Shown: positions 58,699-64,000 of the stretch, in pieces
Numbering within the stretch: the stretch's first letter is position 1
How the letters are laid out: each line of letters opens with the position of its first letter
NCBI GenBank assembly: GCA_963835575.1
Contig: CAWIGG010000002.1
Coordinates: 1,376,001 to 1,440,000 of the forward strand
Length of the DNA stretch: 64,000 nt
DNA from: an uncultured Spirochaetota bacterium
GTDB lineage: Bacteria > Spirochaetota > Brevinematia > Brevinematales > JAOACQ01
Reading direction: 5' to 3'
Notes under the pieces: model-generated
Databases searched by the model: none
Seen by the model: only the letters and a program-made list of their open reading frames with translations
Told to the model about the DNA's origin: nothing
Position numbers and translations under genes: made by a program

Positions 58699-59016
58699 AT
58701 GTATCCGAATGAAGCGGCGCTTAATAAATTAATATCACGGATTGTAGAGGAAGTCCACCCCGTTCAGATTATTCTTTTCGGATCAGGCGCCCGGGGTGAA
58801 ATGCGGCAGGATAGCGACCTGGACATTATGGTAGTTATGCCCGATGGTGTCCACCGCCGTTCTACTGCCCAGAAATTGTACCGGACTCTTTCAGGTTTTA
58901 CCATTCCTTTTGAGTTTCTGGTTGTAACATCAAGCGACCTCGAAAAATATAAAGATAATACCGGGTTAATTTATCACACCGTTTTATTAGAAGGAAAACA
59001 GCTTTATGCCGCCTGA
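58699..59016 (+). CDS. Minimal nucleotidyltransferase (MNT)
   Basis: IILFGSGARG..DSDLDIMVV. Confidence 0.9.
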   Translation: MYPNEAALNKLISRIVEEVHPVQIILFGSGARGEMRQDSDLDIMVVMPDGVHRRSTAQKLYRTLSGFTIPFEFLVVTSSDLEKYKDNTGLIYHTVLLEGKQLYAA

Positions 59017-59404
59017 AGAATATCTGCCGGGTTCGCCCCGGGACTGGCTCCGTCATGCCCTCAGCGATTTATCTGTCGCCTCTGAAACAAAAACGAAAGA
59101 AGTTTTATTAGAGACGCTTTGCTTTCATGCCCAACAGGCCGCGGAAAAAAGCATTAAAGCCGTTTTAATTAAACATGCCATCCCGTTGATAAAAACTCAT
59201 AACTTGAAAATATTACTGGAACAGCTTTCTTCTATTCTTTCCGTTCCTGCGGAAATCATGAATTCAGTCGGCCTTACCGATTATGCAATTACTTCACGTT
59301 ATCCCGGTGATTGGGAGCCTGTGACAGAAGCAGAATATGAAGAAGCGATTAACCAGGCAAAATCTATTTATAAGTGGGCGGAAAGCATAGTCAAAGGTAA
59401 ATAA
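59006..59404 (+). CDS. HEPN domain protein
   Basis: WLRHA.SDL, CFHAQQAAEKSIKAVL, KTHNL, SRYPG; overlaps the MNT gene. Confidence 0.9.
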   Translation: MPPEEYLPGSPRDWLRHALSDLSVASETKTKEVLLETLCFHAQQAAEKSIKAVLIKHAIPLIKTHNLKILLEQLSSILSVPAEIMNSVGLTDYAITSRYPGDWEPVTEAEYEEAINQAKSIYKWAESIVKGK

Positions 59405-59664
59405 AGGGGGAATAGAGCCCGCTAATAACACGAATAAACCAATCCCAATTAGCGTTCATTCGCGTGATTCGCAGGAAAAAACTTATATCCGCATGATTCA
59501 CAGAAATTATAAATTTTCTATTGCATTTTATTTGTAACAGCAATATGATATTAGTCTAAGTAATGTGAAACAGTGATTAGGGAAAGTTGCCCGCTAATGA
59601 CGCGAATTGGCACGAATGGGGGCGTTAGAATTAATAAAGAGAGAAAGTAACGTCCTACAATGAT

Positions 59665-60564
59665 GTGGAAAAAGCGGCCCGGCAGAACGGCTTCTGGGAG
59701 CTGAAAAAGCTCGATGTGACCGCCGCTTCCGCCCTCGGCCTCCAGCTTAAATCCGGCCGCATCGTGACCGGCGACTACAAAGTAAACAAGAAAAAGGAAA
59801 GCATTGTCATCAATGTTTATTTATACGATACAGTCACATCCGAATTGATCATGAAGCGTAAGTATGAAGGCTCCAGCGGAAGGGACATCTTCGATACTAT
59901 AGACAACCTGATCCGCAGTACCAGTTCAACGCTTGTCGGAAGGAACATCACCATGGGAAGTTTGAAAGTGGCCGTTCTCGGCGAGGGCGCGTACCGGCTT
60001 TACATCAACGCGAACCTCCAGAAGGAAATTAAAAAGAGCGACGGTTTTCTGGATAAAGTGGCGGCCGGCGAGAATGCGGAAGTCTCCATCCGTTCCATCG
60101 ACAACGATAAAAAGGAGCAGGAAGTCTACCGCGAGTTCATTAAAGTGGACGAGAATAAAACTTATACGATATCTTTTAATCCGGATGATCTTAAAAATAG
60201 ATCTAGAAGATATGTTTGCTTTCCGGTCAAGCTCCTTGAAGGCGGGCTGGGAGGCAATGTCGGCGTAACCTGGTTCTTTACAGACAGCCTGGGCGTCACG
60301 GCCATGGGCGGCGCTGTGTATGCAGCCAATACTATCATTCCAACCGCTCTGGCGGAAGTGACCTTTGCCTTCTGGAAAACGCCCCAGTTCAGTTTATACG
60401 CGAGCGCCGGCGGTTTCTGCTATTTCAGCAAAAGCGTCATCATTTCGCCGTCTGTTATGCTGGGTTTTGAAATGTGGAACGTTTTTATAGAAGCGGGACT
60501 ACGCTATTCCTTTTACGAAGAAGGCGGCTTCAAGCCGATGGCATCATTGGGCTGCAGGTTTTAA
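59665..60564 (+). CDS. Hypothetical outer-surface protein, apparently 5'-truncated (TolB_N/CsgG-like half plus beta-strand C-terminus)
   Basis: No signal peptide or clear RBS; IVTGDY..INVYLYD..IFDTIDNL resembles the middle of the neighbouring protein; ends ASLGCRF. Confidence 0.55.
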   Translation: MEKAARQNGFWELKKLDVTAASALGLQLKSGRIVTGDYKVNKKKESIVINVYLYDTVTSELIMKRKYEGSSGRDIFDTIDNLIRSTSSTLVGRNITMGSLKVAVLGEGAYRLYINANLQKEIKKSDGFLDKVAAGENAEVSIRSIDNDKKEQEVYREFIKVDENKTYTISFNPDDLKNRSRRYVCFPVKLLEGGLGGNVGVTWFFTDSLGVTAMGGAVYAANTIIPTALAEVTFAFWKTPQFSLYASAGGFCYFSKSVIISPSVMLGFEMWNVFIEAGLRYSFYEEGGFKPMASLGCRF

Positions 60565-60814
60565 GAAAAGGGGTGTATGGGAAATTTGACTGATCCGTTA
60601 AATGAAACTGTAAACTGGTATTTGCGGAAATAACGGGTTTTGTTATTTCCGTCTGTTTTTCGGATGGCGCATGGCTTCATTTTTATGATGATTAATTATA
60701 AAGATGACCCTTTTCAATTTGAATTCGATCCAGGAAAATCATACAGGGATATCCGGCCTATCGATGTCATGGTCGAAAAACCCGATCATGTTTTATTTAT
60801 CAGGAGGTTTTTAT

Positions 60815-62116
60815 ATGAAACCAGTTAATTTTCTTTTTGTATTATTCTTCCTATTTAGTCTCATTCTGGCATCCTGCGCCGAACAGTCGGCATTGACAAA
60901 AGAAAACCAGTTAAAAGGATTGGAAACAAATGTCAACGCCATGTTCCTGGAAAAGCAGGAAACCGAGGCGGACGTTACAGTTAAACATAAGATACTGATA
61001 GCTCCTTTTGAATACAAAGCGAAGGGAGGGGCATATCCGAACCCTGAAATCTACAAGACAATATTTTTCACTTCATTCTACAATTTATTTTCAGTCCTCC
61101 CATCGATCGATCTTCCCGATAAAAGCGTACTTTTAAATATGAACCCTTCTGAGGATACCATTCCGGTTCTGGCAAAACAATACCAGTGCGATTTCATCGT
61201 ATTCGGGGATTACAGCCTTAAAGGCCCCAAATTGAAACCGGACGCGGTTGTAAACCTGAAGATATGGAATAAATTCTCAGGCTCGATTATGACAAACAGC
61301 CTGACGACTCCTACAGAAGCCGAACTGTTTGACGCCATTGATACGCTACTGTCCAGAATGGTCAGGACTATGCTGAATGAAGAAATGAAGATAGCGTATC
61401 TGAATTTCAACAATATCGACACCGGAAAGGAGAAACTCGGGATATTCATCAATCACAGGCTTGTAGCCGAACCCGTTTCAAATAATTTCCAGCTTAATAT
61501 GAAAATAATATCCGGAAAAGACTACAAGGTCAGCATCAGAAGGTTTCTCGACGGCAAACTCCTTACAGGCGCCGTCGCGAACTTAAAACCCGGAGAATCG
61601 ATGAATTTCAGCGCCACAAATTACCGGATAAATCTTATTAAGAACGCGGGTTTTAATGAGGATACTTTCAAAAAGGGGACCTGGACCCACTCCGATGGTC
61701 TCAATTTGTCGATTGAAAATGGAGTGTGCCATATTAAATTTAAATACAGCGGTGCTGGAAATACCTGGGACCATCAATTGATCGCTTTTCCGGTAAAAAT
61801 CGAAGCCGGGAAGCGTTACCGTGTTTCTTTTGACGCGAGGGCTTCCGAGGGGGAGAATATCTACGCAAAGATGGACAAATCAAACAGAAATGGCACTTCT
61901 GATGATGCCCTATCCTATTGGGGCAGTCCTTTAGGAACAGGCTCAGGCGGCGAAGGCGCTCCAAAAAAAATATCAGTAGATAAAGTTATGAAAAATTATA
62001 TATTCGTATTCAGGATGGTTCAGCATACGGATACCAAAGCTCAATTAGAGTTCGACCTCGGTAATTCCTACGGGGACATCTGGCTCTCCGATGTTATGGT
62101 CGAAGAGCTCGATTAG
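60815..62116 (+). CDS. Lipoprotein with a TolB_N/CsgG-like domain and a CBM4/9-like C-terminal domain
   Basis: AGGAGG RBS; lipobox LASC; ILIAPFE, FIVFGDY; NLIKNAGF, WDHQL, GKRYRVSFDARA, LEFDLG..IWLSDV. Confidence 0.75.
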   Translation: MKPVNFLFVLFFLFSLILASCAEQSALTKENQLKGLETNVNAMFLEKQETEADVTVKHKILIAPFEYKAKGGAYPNPEIYKTIFFTSFYNLFSVLPSIDLPDKSVLLNMNPSEDTIPVLAKQYQCDFIVFGDYSLKGPKLKPDAVVNLKIWNKFSGSIMTNSLTTPTEAELFDAIDTLLSRMVRTMLNEEMKIAYLNFNNIDTGKEKLGIFINHRLVAEPVSNNFQLNMKIISGKDYKVSIRRFLDGKLLTGAVANLKPGESMNFSATNYRINLIKNAGFNEDTFKKGTWTHSDGLNLSIENGVCHIKFKYSGAGNTWDHQLIAFPVKIEAGKRYRVSFDARASEGENIYAKMDKSNRNGTSDDALSYWGSPLGTGSGGEGAPKKISVDKVMKNYIFVFRMVQHTDTKAQLEFDLGNSYGDIWLSDVMVEELD

Positions 62117-62362
62117 GCTTGATAAACTTATTTTGCATACATGGGTAAATTATTTTCTGTTCAGTCAATTTTTCGGAAGTTGCAAGTTATTTTATTGAGT
62201 CAGATTAGCTTTCAGAAAAAATGGGCTTTTTTTATTGCTTTTTTACCCTCTTCTGATTATATTTTTCTCAGTAAAATAATTCTTTCATTCGGCAAACTAT
62301 TCAAGCTGTTTTTGCCGCATGATTATTAAATCTATATTTAAAATAAACACGGGAGGTAAAAT

Positions 62363-63658
62363 ATGAAACGATTAACAGCCGTGATCCTGACAGCGCTTTT
62401 GGCGTTTGCTGTAAATGCTACGGCAAGTAACCAGAAGAATTCCCAGAATAATAATAATAATAAAGGTAAAACAACTGCGGCTTCCAAAACCGGCAGCCAG
62501 AAGAACAGTCAGGGGAAACAAAAGGGCTCTGTTCAACAGCAGGTGATAATTAATATGAACCGTCCGTCAAGCGGCGGACATAACCGGAATTATCCATCGC
62601 AAAAACCCGCACAGAAGCAGATAAACAATAACCCCGCTTACGGTAAATTGCAATTGACGCCTGTTAACCAGGGCAGACGGCTGATCAAGAATAACACCCA
62701 ACTGCAGCCCGTCAGCAGGCCCATTCAATCAAAGAACGGTCAAAATGAAGTCAAAACTGCGAACCCGCATCCGGGTGTCAATACCGCCAGCGTAACCCAC
62801 CATCACCCGTATGAGCCGAATTATGTACGCAAAAAATTGCAGAAACTCGGCGTTGTATCAGCGCCGGGTTATATTATAAACAGGGATGAGGTTATCCATA
62901 CCGACAGGGCGCATTCCATAATTGCCTATCCAAAGGAAGGATTTGATAAGCGCCCCCTGAACGCTGCGGCTTTTTCACCGCGGCATTTCAATGATAAAGC
63001 GGTCCGGGGCCATATGTCGCTGATAACCGCTATCGATTGGCAGAACAGGATCCGCGGTTTCAATCAGACTGAAACCCGCGCCAACTTTTATTACTGGCAT
63101 AAAGATAAAGATTTCAACTATTGCCATTACATCGACAATTCGGGTTATCACTGGTACGGCTGGTATGCGGGCAGCACATATTTCTGGACCCGCTATTTCA
63201 ACAACCGCTGGTGGTGGTATGACGCGGATTATGACCGCTGGTGTTTCTGGAATGACGGTTTCTGGTGGTGGCAGGACCCCTATCACATGGGAGACCTGTA
63301 CTGTTATAACGACGCCGATTATATACCGTGCAACTCGGCGGATGACAATGTTACAGTGACCGTGCCGGATAATAACAATACCCAGACTTTCACAAGCCCG
63401 GACAATTCACGTATTGTAAAAGTGGTTATGGATACACAGGACGCTTTCCTGTATGATCCGGCAAATCCGCCGGCATTCAACCCGGTTTACCTGGCCTCAG
63501 GGGTTCAGGATGTCATGTTTTCTGATCCGAACAATGGAAGGCCGCTCGAGATAATCTTAAAGCTTAATGATAAGTCTTTTGATATGTTTGACGGCAATGG
63601 AAACCCCTATAACCCCGGAGCTTCTGAAGGCGACCAGTCCAGCACAAATATACAGTAA
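62363..63658 (+). CDS. Secreted hypothetical protein with Q/N-rich N-terminus and Trp/Tyr-rich core
   Basis: GGAGG RBS; signal peptide; HWYGWY..FWTRYFNNRWWWYD..RWCFWNDGFWWWQDP. Confidence 0.7.
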   Translation: MKRLTAVILTALLAFAVNATASNQKNSQNNNNNKGKTTAASKTGSQKNSQGKQKGSVQQQVIINMNRPSSGGHNRNYPSQKPAQKQINNNPAYGKLQLTPVNQGRRLIKNNTQLQPVSRPIQSKNGQNEVKTANPHPGVNTASVTHHHPYEPNYVRKKLQKLGVVSAPGYIINRDEVIHTDRAHSIIAYPKEGFDKRPLNAAAFSPRHFNDKAVRGHMSLITAIDWQNRIRGFNQTETRANFYYWHKDKDFNYCHYIDNSGYHWYGWYAGSTYFWTRYFNNRWWWYDADYDRWCFWNDGFWWWQDPYHMGDLYCYNDADYIPCNSADDNVTVTVPDNNNTQTFTSPDNSRIVKVVMDTQDAFLYDPANPPAFNPVYLASGVQDVMFSDPNNGRPLEIILKLNDKSFDMFDGNGNPYNPGASEGDQSSTNIQ

Positions 63659-63868
63659 GTACGCCTGCCGGTGTTGAAAGCGGCATGGCACACTAGCGCT
63701 CCTTCAACCGCATAAGAATGCCTTTATGGAAAAGCAGTCAGACGCGCGCAGCCTGTTCTCTTACTTTATAGGATATAAATATCCTTATTATTCCTGAAGC
63801 GTTGTCTCTTATATCTTATTTCGACTTTGAAGCTGAGTTGATAGGCTGCGGCCGTCCTTTTATTTTTT

Positions 63869-64000
63869 TTAAAAATCTATAAGCTCTTTCGGCTTCAGAT
63901 TCGATTCCATTGTCCAGAAATGCGCCTGGCCATGGGCTATCCTGAATATAATCAATCCCGGGCTGTCGGCTGTTAAACCGAAACTTTTTAAAAACGGCCT
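63869..64000 (-). CDS. 3' end of a probable pyridoxamine 5'-phosphate oxidase-family protein (partial)
   Basis: Hand translation from the window edge: RPFLKSFGLTADSPGLIIFRIAHGQAHFWTMESNLKPKELIDF*. Confidence 0.55.
   Translation of the reverse strand, partial: RPFLKSFGLTADSPGLIIFRIAHGQAHFWTMESNLKPKELIDF

Larger units (their letters stand above)
57268..59617. repeat. Dispersed CCCGCTAAT(G/A/C)ACGCGAA repeats between TA modules
   Basis: Forward copies near 57268, 57334, 57786, 58501, 58561, 59417 and 59589; inverted ATTAGCG..ATTCGCGTGATTCGC copies near 57374 and 59448. Confidence 0.85.

Noticed and set aside
57268..59617. CRISPR array from the CCCGCTAAT repeats
   Set aside because: Spacing is irregular (about 60-850 nt), copies are degenerate and in both orientations, whole genes lie between them, and no cas genes are present
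398..63359. Numerous short antisense or overlapping ORFs in the track
   Set aside because: Shadow frames of well-supported longer genes

Overview
AT-rich bacterial accessory region; the organism cannot be identified from this window, and lipoprotein signals and sensor fusions only weakly suggest an environmental spirochaete-like taxon. It contains the 3' end of an NRPS (C-A-T-E-R), an interrupted radical SAM gene, a pseudokinase-AAA-GAF-SpoIIE sensor and an RT-deleted group IIC intron. These are followed by a Fur gene with two near-consensus Fur boxes and a downstream operon, several hybrid sensors, a low-GC DUF3800-like plus Schlafen/AlbA_2 pair, a surface-lipoprotein array, lipAB and a toxin-antitoxin cluster punctuated by short repeats. 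The non-coding DNA is the most interesting part. Two ~430-470 nt foldback elements keep their ends and loops while their stems differ in sequence but still pair. There are also nested REP-like hairpins, a 204-216 bp MITE (one copy interrupts hicA with a TTAA duplication) and a ~50 nt hairpin found inside both the intron and one MITE copy. All calls come from motif reading by eye; no searches or folding were run.
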